From the IMG/VR virus record IMGVR_UViG_3300029858_000001, positions 91,123 to 155,122 of that record: a DNA stretch of 64,000 nucleotides, one strand, 5' to 3'. The position numbers and the translations under genes are program-made. The notes below the pieces were generated by a model. That model saw only the letters and a program-made list of their open reading frames with translations. It had not been told where the DNA came from and searched no databases. The stretch is from a virus. Every line of letters starts with the position of its first letter. Position 1 is the first letter of the stretch. Positions 24,075-36,800 of this stretch are shown here, one piece after another.

Positions 24075-27000
24075 TTACTCCTCATTTGTATTAATATATC
24101 CTTTTAGTTCTAAGGAAGAAACAGCTTTATAATTAATAATAGCATAAGAAGGACGAGCAAACTCTAATGATTTAATTGTGCTTTTTAAAGGATTTAATAC
24201 TATTTTATTTGTTGGTCCAACTCGAATATGGTTACCCTCATTGGCTGGAAAAACAGATCCAGTACTACTATCAATTTCATTGTTTTTACCAAATACAATA
24301 TCTGTATTGGCATCAGCTTCAATTTCAAGACTTTCAATACCATTAAAATTATAAACTACCAATTGATTTGAACCATTCATCCAAGCATCAGTCTAGTCAT
24401 TTAAAACTAATCCAGATAGCGGACGATATTCTTCTAATAATTCAGTTCCTTCAATCAACAAATCTTCAATAGAATTTGTGTCATCATCTATTTTATCTAA
24501 AAATTCATTTATTTTATTATATAAAATTTCAAAAGAAGAATCTATTTTTTCTTCGCTATAATCATTTAAAATAGAAGTATGTATTTTTTCTTTCAACACT
24601 TCCATAATATTTCGAGTAGAATACAAACTATAATTATAATTTTCATTAACTATATTACTATCATCATTTCTAAAAAACTAATGATTATCTAATATATCTT
24701 TAGTATCAGTAAATACTCCTCCTATTTGCCCCCATTGAACAAATTCTCGTGTCGCTACTGTTACCATTTGTAAATAATCTTCTTCTTCTATTTCAGCTAT
24801 ATAATTAATTAAAACAGGTCGAGTAAATTTTAAATACATAGATTGTAAATTCATGTCATCAATATGATATATACGACTAGGCATCATCGAAATTTCTTTA
24901 CCATTAATTATCATAGTTATTATATTAGTTTGATTTTTTTCATATTCTTTTAATAACTATTCACAGCGTAATAATTCAACAGCATTTTCTAGCTATTCAA
25001 TCATAGATAAACCATTTTGATGCTTTAAATATTCAATTCTATTTTTTAAACTTAACTTAGGATACTACTCAACCCAAATCGCACGAACTTTCATTAATGT
25101 ATATTTTTTTTCTTCACTAATTTCAACTTCTTCCTATAATTTAATAGCTTCATAAATATTATCATATTTTTCATTAAATTTAGGATTAGAAATAATTTTT
25201 AAAGAATTTCCATTTACTTCTTTATCTAATTGACCATTAAATGTTCTAGCTACCTAACCAATAACTACTTTATTCTTAGTACTAGCATCTTGTATAGCTA
25301 ATTTAGAATTATTAGATAAAGTTGTTAAAGGATTAATATTATATAATTTAATATTATCACAATTAAACTCTGCTACTTCATAAGCTGTAGAATTAAAATC
25401 ATAAATCATTCTGCCTAAAGAAGCTTGCGGAGTCCAAGAGACATTGGTTAAAGTAATAATATGATTGCCCTCTGTAGCTGATTTAAATAATTTATATCCA
25501 CCATCATTAAGGAATTCTTCTACCCAATGACGATAAATACGTTCCATATAAATATTATTATTAGTTGGTGAAGTATTAAATACAGAAGCATCAATACTTG
25601 TATATTGGCCTAATGTTAACTTATCATTATAAGGCGTTTGTAAATCTCGTGTAAAATTTTCTATATATTTATCTTTAGAAATAACTATATCACCATACCA
25701 ACTGTGATAATAGCCACCCTTAGTATCATTGCGCATTAAGAAAGAAGAATCTTCATCACTAAGTAAAGAAATTTTAGCACCTAACTAAAATTCAGCATAA
25801 TGCGCAAGACCGTTCCGTAATATAATAGGATATTTAGAATTTAGACTATCCTATTTCTAAAATAAAGTAGTATGTTTATAACTATTTATTTTACAGTCAA
25901 AATTTAAACGGACTTGAATACCATTATTATAAATATAACTATACTAAAAATTAGACCAGTGAGCTGGTGAAGTATCAATATCAGATGCTTCATATTTAGG
26001 AGCACTTCTAAGACCAGCTAAATTTTTCTTTTGTAAAGCATATTTATATTTAACTCCACTTTCAATGGTAAAATCTTCATATAATAATGTTAATTCATTA
26101 TCATAGTTAGATTCATTATACCAATCAAATTGAGCAATATCTTCCCATTGAGTGTAATTATCTTTTTCGCAAGCTCTAGATAGAATAAAAGTTCCATCAA
26201 GAGGTTGGTATTTTAAAGTTACTTTATCGTATTCTATTTTTTCACCAGTAATAGTAGTATCAGTAGTATGTTCTATTACTTTATAAGGATTATTTTTTAT
26301 ATAAATTTCTAAACTGGCATTTTCATCAGAACGAATATTATGACTAAAATTCTCAACAGCTTTTACTCTAGTATTACGAGATAAAATATGTTCTTCAGCA
26401 TTTATACCAACAATACCTGTTCTATAAACAATATCACCAGTCTGATAATTTATTCCATTCTCAACGCAGTTATCAAAATATCCTCTAAGGTAAGTAGGAT
26501 TCTCACCTTCAATATTAAAATAACTCTTATAAGTTTCAAAACTAACTTCATTTGTATTAAATAGTCTTTGCTAAATTGTAGTATCTCCACTATTATCTTT
26601 AATAATAAATACTAAAGATTCTAACTATTTTAAATAACTTTCAGTAATTGTAAAATTATAAAATTCAGAGGATTTCTAATAGCCATTAGCAGTTATTACA
26701 TCTAAAACGACAGAATAAGTTTTATGATCTAGATAATCTAACTATCTATTAAAACTATACTCAACCAATCCTGTATAATAATTTTGGCCGCCTCCATTAA
26801 ACTATAACCATCCACTAGATAAATAAGGATCAAGAGTCGGCTAATTTAAACTATTATAAGATCCCTCATATAGCCTAAAACGATATTTATCCATAGGTTC
26901 TTCGGCTACACAATGATAACCGCCCTGGAATTTAGGAAATCTAGTCGTTTCTACATTTTCACTTTTAGTTAGTATAAAACCAACATCAAGATTAGTTATT

Positions 27001-27494
27001 TCTTTATTATTTAAGATATTTACTATAGGTTCTTCTATTGCTTTAGTAATTATAACATTAGACCATTCTGAAAATCCATTTATTAATGTTTGTGTTTTTT
27101 TCCATTTAAAAAACGCAATTTTATTTTTTTCATAATCTAACTTACTATATCCAAATCGGATTTGAATTTTATAAAAAGTATTAGAAACCCAACCAATGGT
27201 ATCTCCTAATTTTATATCAGAATTTTTTACAGTAACTGTATATATTCCATTAGTAGAGGTAGTAGGCTTTTCCATATAAATAATTCCATCATAATAAATA
27301 TCTGTATTTACAACACTTTTATTATTTGACTATTGGCTAAATTTTATTGAAATATTTTTTACATCATCATAGTTCAACGATTTAGGCAAAGAAAAATTTA
27401 TATTTAAAGATTCCGCAGTAGCTAAATACGCAGGTATTGAACTATTTACAATTGGCGGATATACTTTATTTACATTTATTGTAGATGTTGCCAT
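24075..27494 (-). CDS. Giant tail protein (~1140 aa), Tal-like by position; TAG-rich
   Basis: ATG 27494. Track fragments 26841..27275, 25254..25736, 24678..24914, 24393..24626 and 24075..24380 are all in one frame. TAA stop at 24075. Confidence 0.5.
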
Positions 27495-27557
27495 TTATTG
27501 ACCTCCTTTAACTCTTATTTCTATTAATTTTTAAAAATTATATATTGTAAACATACT

Positions 27558-27597
27558 ATTTTGGTCCAAATAAAAAAAAAGAATGATGGATTTTTAT
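27558..27597 (-). terminator. Rho-independent terminator on the minus strand
   Basis: The minus strand reads aagaatgatggataaaaatccatcattctt followed by T9. Confidence 0.6.
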
Positions 27598-27657
27598 CCA
27601 TCATTCTTCAATATACCAATCACGTATTTTAATAGTTTTCTTAGGCGGAGGAACTAT

Positions 27658-30600
27658 ATTATTAGTTAATTCCTATCTAAAATCTATATTGGAGGTTAAT
27701 TCATTTAACAATCTTGCTATAGTTAAAATATTACTTGGAGTTTTTTCATTTAAAGTTAAATTACCATCAATATCAATTGTTAATTTATCTCCTCCTAATT
27801 TAACTAATCCATCTGCTCGTAAGATATTAGTAGGGATGTCATCATTATCATATTGATATAATCCAGACACATAACCGCTAGTATCTGTTTCATTTGTTAA
27901 AGATCGTACTTTTCGTATTGAAGGTTCTGTAGGCTCTACAGGATTAGTGATAGGAATTTTACGGCGTTTTTCCCAAGTATCTCCTATATAAGTTTTTCCA
28001 CCCAAATATTTTTTCTATTCATTTTCCTAAGATCTGGCTATCTAATCATATTTGCCGCCCTAATGAGAAAAACTAGGTTTCATAGGTTTAGTAAATTCTG
28101 GGTTTTCTTCGTCTATCACTGTAATATCAGTACCATCATCTTCTTCTTCTACATTGCTAACATTTCCATCTCGTTCTATTAGCATTACTATTGGATAAAC
28201 TAAATATCTTTTAGTACTGCTTTCCCATCTATTACCAGGGATAGCAATATAGATAGCACCCATTGGGGAGGTATTTACAGTGTCAGTTTCTTCAGCGAAA
28301 TAAGCTCCTCCAAAAGTAGAAGTAGGAACTAATTTATATTCTCCTGTTTTTTTCTTATTTTCTTCTAAAGGGTATAAAAATAGATTAGAAGTCATAGAAT
28401 AAGTCTAAGAATTAATAAGCTAAGTATCTCGTTTATTATAATAATATATAAATGAAATAGCTTTTAATGAATGATAACTCGCTGTACCAGAGCTATCATA
28501 AGTAATTCGATCAGGAATATTTATTTCTTTTATATTATTAATATCAATATTCTCACTAACCATTATAGGCTACCAATAATTTAATACTTTAGTTCCTTCA
28601 GTTTTTCCTTTAATACCAACAGTAAGACTAAACTTAATAAAATACTATCCTTGCTTGTCTTCAGTAAAATTATTTACTTTATATATAGTATCAGTTAATT
28701 TTTCACTGGAAACATGAATATCAGTACGTTTTAAATTTAAATTATAACTACCTAATACATTTCCTTCTTCATCTTTGTATTTAGTGTCAGAAGTAATAAT
28801 TTCCCCATCAAGCCGCAATTCAGCTTTAAAATAAATAGGACTATAATTATCTCCAATTTTATTTAATGGTCGTTTAGAAACTTCATTCCCATTTTCATCA
28901 CACTATTTAATTATAAATGTATAATCTCTACCATTTAAATCATATTCACCCTATTTACTAAAATAAATAGTTTTATTAAAATAATACTCTTTATCAGTTA
29001 ACGTAATAACTTTTAAAATTAATGTATTATTAGTATAATTAGCAATACGTTTTTGTCGAATATTAAAATGTACTGAATTATCTTTGGGATTAACCCATAA
29101 CCTAGAAATCATTGAATTAGTTATTTTAGTAGTAGCATATTCAAATAACTAACCTCCATCAGGTGAATACCAAGTAACCGTTTTAATACCTACATTATCT
29201 TTATTAACTGTAATAGTAGGAGTAATAATCATTTCTGATTCTGACTAATCTATAGTAATACTATTGTTTTTATCATACTAAAAAGTATCATTACCATTAA
29301 ATATTACTCGTACTGGAATATCAGACTGGTAATTAGTTAACTTATATTCACAAGGTACATATTTGCCGTCTTCTAACAAACTAACTGTATAAAACATTAC
29401 AGTACCATAATCTAAATATTTAGATACATCAATAGAGCTGACATTTTTATCTAAAGCAACGTATGAACCATCCATAAGATCAACATACCAATCTGCCATT
29501 TCAGTTTTTTCACGTCCATCAACTATTTCTAATTTAACTTCTGTATCACTTACATCATTACGAATTATTGTAAAACGTTCATTATAATATTTCACAACTC
29601 TTACATCTTTACTTAATGTAACTGAAGAGTTATAAATTACTACTAATTTATACCTCATCTATTGATAAACATCTTTTCCAGAAACAGTTAGTTCATTAAA
29701 ATTAACTTTTGTTTTATCATTAATTAATTCCCACCCTGGGCCGGCAATTTTATCATATTTTTCATCACCAGATAAAACAGCAGGATTTTGTTTATACCAA
29801 TAACAAACACAATTTTTTTTATCTAATATATCTTTATTAGCATAATAAAATACCCCTTTTAAAACAATAGAGTCTGTATCATATATTAATGATAAACCTT
29901 GAGGCGCACTTATACCTACATAATACAAATCTTTTGTTGTATCTTGTAAATCTACAAAACAAAGTTTTATATTTTTACAAAAAATATTTGGATCTTCGTT
30001 ATAAGTTTGAATTAATTCATTTTTACTATTATATACTTTATCATAATCAATAAACCGTTCTTGGAAAAATGTAATTTTCCTTACACCAAGTAAATTAATT
30101 CCTTGAAAATTATAAATAGCATACTAGGGTGAAAATACTTCATAATTATAAATACTACCTGAAAAATTAGTAATATCTAAACGGCGAGTAAAAATAACTC
30201 CAGTATCTTTTTCTTCAAATTCTATTTTTAAACCATAGTTACCAGCAACCATAGTACCATAAAACTAAGTCCTAAAATTTGCGGAAATCATAATATTTGG
30301 ATAGGTACTAATCAAGCTGGTAAAAATAGAATTATCCTCTAATTTTTCATTACTATAAATTACTTTTTCATAATAAGTATTGCCTTCTGGTGCATATGCT
30401 AAAATACCATATTCATTACCATCACTATGAATTTCATTTACTTCAATAACCTATTGAGATAAATCTTCATATTCTTCTTCTGTATAAGAAGAGGCTGAGA
30501 CTTTTCCTTCTATTGTTTTTTTCTATGTAAAATCTCCGCCTGGAATTTTTACATAAACATTAGTTCCTTTAGAATAAGTATAATTAATTCCAATAGGCGC

Positions 30601-30813
30601 ATAAGCTCTAAATTTACCTTTTTGGTATTCAACAAAATACTCACCAGTATCTGCATTATTAAGGCTTACAATTTCAGCAATTATAGTTTTATCAAAAGAC
30701 AACTCGGCATCACGTGCTCGCGCAATATAATCAATAGTCTCTAATAATTCATTAGTAATCTATTTAGGCTATTTTACAACAGCTAAATATTCTTCTTTTC
30801 TATTATAAGCCAT
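27658..30813 (-). CDS. Large distal-tail (Dit)-like / baseplate hub protein (~1050 aa), TAG-rich
   Basis: ATG 30813 with GAGAAAGGAG RBS, directly downstream of the TMP. Fragments 29659..29928, 29278..29658, 28060..28395 and 27673..28005 are in one frame. TAA at 27658. Confidence 0.45.
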
Positions 30814-30828
30814 GTTAACTCCTTTCTC

Positions 30829-30861
30829 TCCTCAAAATGAGGAGGAAATTAATCCTCCTCA
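30829..30861 (-). promoter_or_regulatory. Two overlapping alternative hairpins spanning the TMP stop codon and the Dit-like RBS
   Basis: Alternative stems are ctcctca/tgaggag and tgaggagg/cctcctca. The downstream RBS gaggag could also pair with the shared arm. Confidence 0.35.
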
Positions 30862-33800
30862 TTTAGATTTATTAGCACTTATGTATTGAGCAGCATTATT
30901 ACTAAGATTAGACAATGCTTCTTCAATTTCATAATGATCAGTCACTCCTGGGAAATCAGCTTGGATAGTAACTTCTTGCTTAATCGGTTGAGTTTCATAA
31001 ATAGGGGGAGTAGTTTTATCAATTAAACTACCTAATTTAGCCTATCCAAAGTCAACCATTGACTAAACTTGCTTATCAATCCAATCATTCATATTACGAA
31101 CAATATCAACAGCACGAAGTATATTAGAAGTATCTTTTTGGTTAAGAATTAATTCTTTAGGATGAACTTTAATAATTTTACCATTATCAGGGCCAAATCC
31201 TTGTCCCTTACCCCAATTACCTGTATATGCTCCAGAAGCCGCGCCACTACCATATTTTTTATAAATTTCATCTGCTATAGTAGGGTTCTGTCTATTATTT
31301 ACAGTATTAGCCTAATCTTCATCGCTAAATTTTTCTCCAGATCCTTCGTATTCAGCTTTAACTCCGTCTGCCATAGCATCTAATTTTTCTTGACGTTTAG
31401 CAAAAATTGCATCAATATCTGCTTTGGTATATTCATTGTCATATGCATCTTTTGCACTACCATTCGCAGCAATTTCAGCTAATACTCTATTCCAGTCAGT
31501 ACGCATATCAATAGAAGAACCGCTAAGGCCTCCACCGCCGCCGAAATTACCATCAATATACTATTCATTCTTAGCCAACTCTTCATCAGTTCGTTTAGAA
31601 TATTTCTATTCCCAATCAAGAACCATTCCAATAGACTAAGAAATATATTGCATCAATACATCAACAAGCTTTTCAATTTCATCACATAATTTTTGAATAT
31701 GTTCTTCAAGACTATCAAGAGTGCCACCCATATCAGTACCAAAGTTATCCCAAGAAGTACCAGCTACTCCCATTGCTGTTTCAACAACTTTTTGCCAATC
31801 CTTATAATTAGTTTGTAATTCACTAATTGTAGTATTAGAATTATTAACAAATTGCATATAAGCATCATTATAATCATACAAATCAGTCATTTGGCCATAA
31901 AGAGTATCATGGAATGTTAATCCACTATTTGTTACACCTTTATTTAATTCATCGAGTAAATATCTTTGTCTTTCAACATAGTATTCTTGTAATGATAATA
32001 ACTAATTTGAATAATCAGCAGAATTCTTATCGAGATCTTGCAATGCTTCTTTAAAATCAATTTGATTCTAAATTAACTATTCACTTACATCATTAATATA
32101 ATCTTTACTAAGTGATCCTAATTCATGAACAGCATCTTCATATTTCTATGTAGCATCTTCAATTTTTTCTTCATCTGCATCATAAGCATAAGTCCAGTTA
32201 CCGGCGGCATCACGTACTAAACGCATTGAAGTTTTTGAATTCTGCTGCTCCATAAGAGCGATCTCAGCAAGCTGTAGATCATATTTTTTCTATAAGTACT
32301 CAAGGTCATATTGGCTCATCTGGACGCCATCGGCCTGAAGATCGTGAATCTCTTGCTAAATGTCTCTAAGTTTTTGTTTAGCTAAAAGATCATTAGCATC
32401 AGCTAGCTATAAATTTAGCTAACGATTTAATTTATTCAACTCATATAAACGGTCAGCATCATCAAGGTATTGCTCATTAATAGTTTTTGCCTTTTCATAT
32501 TTATCTTGGAAATCTTCAAGAGTTTCAAATGGTGATAAAGCATTACTTAATATATTAACTGCCATTTCAACACGCATTTCAAATAAATCCTGAGCTGCTT
32601 CAAGAGTTTCTTCCCAAGAAGCTAAAAATTCATCAGAAGCTTTTTCAGTTTCTTGCTTTAATACTTCAACTTGATTTTCCCAGAATTTTACAGAAGATGT
32701 ATCTCCATCAGCCTAACGATCAGCGAGCGCCGCCTATGCTTCTTTAGTAGCTTTAGTTAAACCATCCATTTGACCTTTTAAAGATTTCATTTTACCTAAC
32801 ATTGTTTCTACTTTAGTAGCACCAATCTAAGTTTTTAATCCCATATCAAGCATTGAACGGCCAGACAAATCAATAATATTATTAAGATGGTCAAGCATTG
32901 ATGTATAAGTATCAAGACGCTCTATCTACTTATCAATTTCATCAAGTGCCAAATCTAAAACATTCTAGACCAAATCTTCAATATCATTACGTAAATCTAG
33001 AATAGCCTCATTAACATCAATCAAATCACTTTGATATTCAAGTATCTATTCATCAAACATTTGCTCATAACCTGGGTGTCTAGCTTTTGCGGCATTTAAC
33101 TCATCAATACCCTAACGTAATGTAGCACCTTTATCAAAAAGCTATAACATTTCTTGCTCTTGGTAAGCAAATCCTTCAAGCATCGCTTCAATAGTCTGTT
33201 TATTACCATGAGCCTATTTAAGAAGTTTTTCTTGATAATAGTTAAGACGTTTAATCTAGAAATCAATCTACTTGACTTTCCAGTCAATCTATTTTGTAAT
33301 AGCTTCAAGTTCAAGTTCAGCAGCTTCTTTTTCTTTCTGAGCGATAAGAGCGACATTTTCATCAATACGCTCTTGAATACCCATAGGACCATCAAGGCCA
33401 TCTTTGATTTTAGTAAACCATTCATTCAGATCTTCTTCGCTCATACCATCTTCAAGATTTTTTTGATATTGTGCCCAAACTTTACCCCATAATTCAGAAG
33501 CATTAGCAATTTCACCATCATCAGTAAGTTTTATTTCAAATTCTGGATGATCTTTATTAAATTCTTCTACTTTAAGTTTTAATAACTTTTTCCAAGATTT
33601 AATCTAATCTTCAAGAATATCTTGTTCTTCTTCTAATAATTTTATTTCTTCTTGAATATATTTAGCAGAGTCTTCTGGATTAGCTCCCTCACGTAAAGCT
33701 TCAAGACGGTCACGTTTCTTTTCTTTAGTTTTCAATAATTCATCTTGAATTTCTTTACCAATATCATTGGCAGATTTGGATTCAGAACCGCCGCCTCCGC

Positions 33801-36800
33801 CTCCACCTTTATCTTCTCCACTAACTGTAGTAGTATAATCTCCAGTTACATTTGGAACTTTTGAATTTTTTGCAGCTACGCTAACAATTTGGCCTATAGT
33901 TCTTTTAGCTCCTCTAATTTGATCTAAAGCTGCCGGGCTAGTTGGATTCTACATTGCAATAGCTATTGCTTCAAAAGCACTAAATAGCTATTGAAGCTAA
34001 GAAGTATCAAAATGAATTCCCGTTCTGCCCATAGCATTAAGCCATCCACACATATCATTAATATTTGTACTAAGAGGTAATAAATTCATAATTGCCTAAG
34101 TAGTATCTAAATTAACATTACCATTAATATTAAAATTACCATATTTATTAATGATTTCATCCATTTTAGAAGCAAATTGCTAAGTTTGAGTATTTATCTC
34201 ATCTTCATTAAAATTAAAAAGAGAAGACGTAGAATATTTTTCTTTCATCTATTCTATATAAGAAAAAATACCACCAAATTTATTTCTTATATTATCTAAA
34301 GCTTCACCTGCAGCTTGCTATTCTGTTTCATTACCATATAAAAATTTCTAAATTAATCCTTCATTATCAGCTTTCCGGTATTCTTCTTCAGTTAAATTAA
34401 ATAAATCTTTTATTTCATTTTTAATTTTTTTATTTTCTTCAGTTGTATCTTTTCCCTATTCTTCTAAATCTGCTACATTTTTTTTATATTCTTTTATATT
34501 TTCAATACCCTATTTTATTTCGGCTCCACGTAAATCTTTAAAAAATTTATTATAAATTTCTGATGCAGATTTACCTGTTTCTTCCATATGATCTAAATTA
34601 TAATTTAAATCATCAAGAGCTGTTGACACTCCTTCGATATCTTGATTATGAGTAGCCCAAGCTCGTAATCCCTTTTGACTGGCTTCATCATCTCTATAAT
34701 CAAAACCAGTCATTTCACTCATTTCTTTTACTGAATTAGCATCAGTATAAGCATTAGTTCTTAATAAATCAGATGTATATGCTCCATCAATATTAGCCAT
34801 ATATGCATCTATTATTCCTTGAATAATTTCTGCTTGGTCAGAAGAACTTAATTTTTTATAATAATCTAAATCATAATTATTTGTTTCATCAGTACCAACT
34901 AATTTTGCAATTTCTTCAGCATTACCGAAGATATCTAAAGCCTATTGTAATAGATAACCACCAGAATCATCTGTTAATCCTTTTTGCATTGCTTCTATCT
35001 AAGTATATTCTTTACCATTAAAAACATACCCGCCTTGTTTTATTCCTGTATCCCAAGCTTCTTGATGAGCTTCTGCAATGCTATGCTGTTCTTCAGCTCT
35101 ATCTATTCCAGCCTAAGTTAAAGCATTTTTGTCTTTAGTATCAAAATCCTTAACTTTTATATATTCATCTGGACCAGTCTAAACATAATAATCTTCAGGA
35201 TTTAATCCAGCCGCTTTAAATCCTTTAGTAATTTCATCATACTTTTCTTTGGTAATAGAACTACCAACATCTTGACCCATTAAATCAAAAATTTCAATTA
35301 ACAAATCTCTAAAAGTAGTAAAATCTTCTATAGGCAATTTATTAGCAGTTTCTTGCATCATATCATAGAAGCCTTTCCAAGCTCCTTCATCGTCTGATAC
35401 GACAATACCTAAATCTTCTAGAGTGTCAATAAATTCTTCCCAAGTTCCAGAAGACCAATCAAAATCAGCTATTTTATTTAACTAATCAAAAGTTAAATCT
35501 TTTCCTACCGTATTAATCGCTTCAGTAAACGCGGCAACTCCATTTTTGCCTGCCACTTTGAATATGTCTTCTGCAATCTAAGAAATACGAGATTTTAATG
35601 AAACACTATATCCTTCAAATTCGTCAATAGCTTTTGATATATCATCTTCATCTTTAAGCCCTAATATATACTTAAATGCTTTATTATTATTTATGTTTTC
35701 AATATTAGCGATCTAATGTGATGCTTCTTCTACTATAGCTTTACCCAATTCTTTACTACTAGTTACGCCTAACTCTTTCATCATATTAGACATATATGAT
35801 TTTACGGTTTCCTGCTATTCAGGCTCTAATATATTAAAATCTTTACCGAATAAACTCTATCCAATTAAATTCTATAAATCTTCATCTGTTAAATTCTATT
35901 CTAAAGCGTCTTTTAAATCCTTAAGCTAAGTTTCAGTAAAATTACTTAAATCACCATTATTACCAAAAAATTCTAAAATACCTTGACCAGTAATTCCTTG
36001 GTTATTCATACCAGTCTAAAATTTTTGAGCCATAGCATAAGTAGTTTGAAGTTCTTCTCCCATAGCTTCCATAACTGCTATAGACTAAGCGACTTCAGAA
36101 AAATTAATTGTAGAACCATCTTCTAATCTAAAACGTTTATTAGCTCCATCGCCTTCAACAGAATTCTTCTAATCTAATTTATAAGCTCTATCATTTTTAT
36201 CAACATTAATAGATTGTAAATAAGTATTCCACAAATCTTTTAATGCATTATCTCCGCCTTTAGAACCTCCAGCATTTCTTCGATAAGCTCCAATATCATA
36301 ATCTTCTCCATTATAATTCCAATTAAAATTTTCTCCGTTATAAAAACTATCTTTTATAGCCTTTATATTAGCGTCTACAGCCATTGTAGTCGTTTTAGCA
36401 TCTTCAGTAGACATAGTATCTAATCCAAGAGCCTATTGGATAGAAGCTTCTTTTGTTACCTATAAAGTTGCATCTGTATTTGCCTATATTACTTTTGAGA
36501 CATTAGATATAGCAGCTTGAACATCATCAGTATTAAATTTATCTGCAATTTTCTAGGCATAATCATTTAAAGTCGTACTATCATTGAGAGTTTCAAATCC
36601 ATTATTCTTTAATGCCTATTCGATAATACTAATTTGTTCTTCCTAACTTTTATTCTATAAATTTTCCTAATTATTTAAAATTAAATCTGCTATACCTGAT
36701 ATTACTGAAGTATATTGTCCATTTTTTGTTAATCCTCCAGTTTGGGTGCCACTCTAAATATTAAGAACATCCTAAAGATTACTTGTTAAGTCCTATTTAG

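Noticed and set aside
33096-33492. Track ORFs 33096..33425 (-) and 33154..33492 (+), low-complexity K/L/F-rich
   Set aside because: They are off-frame and opposite-strand readings of the tape measure coding region. The composition is junk-like.
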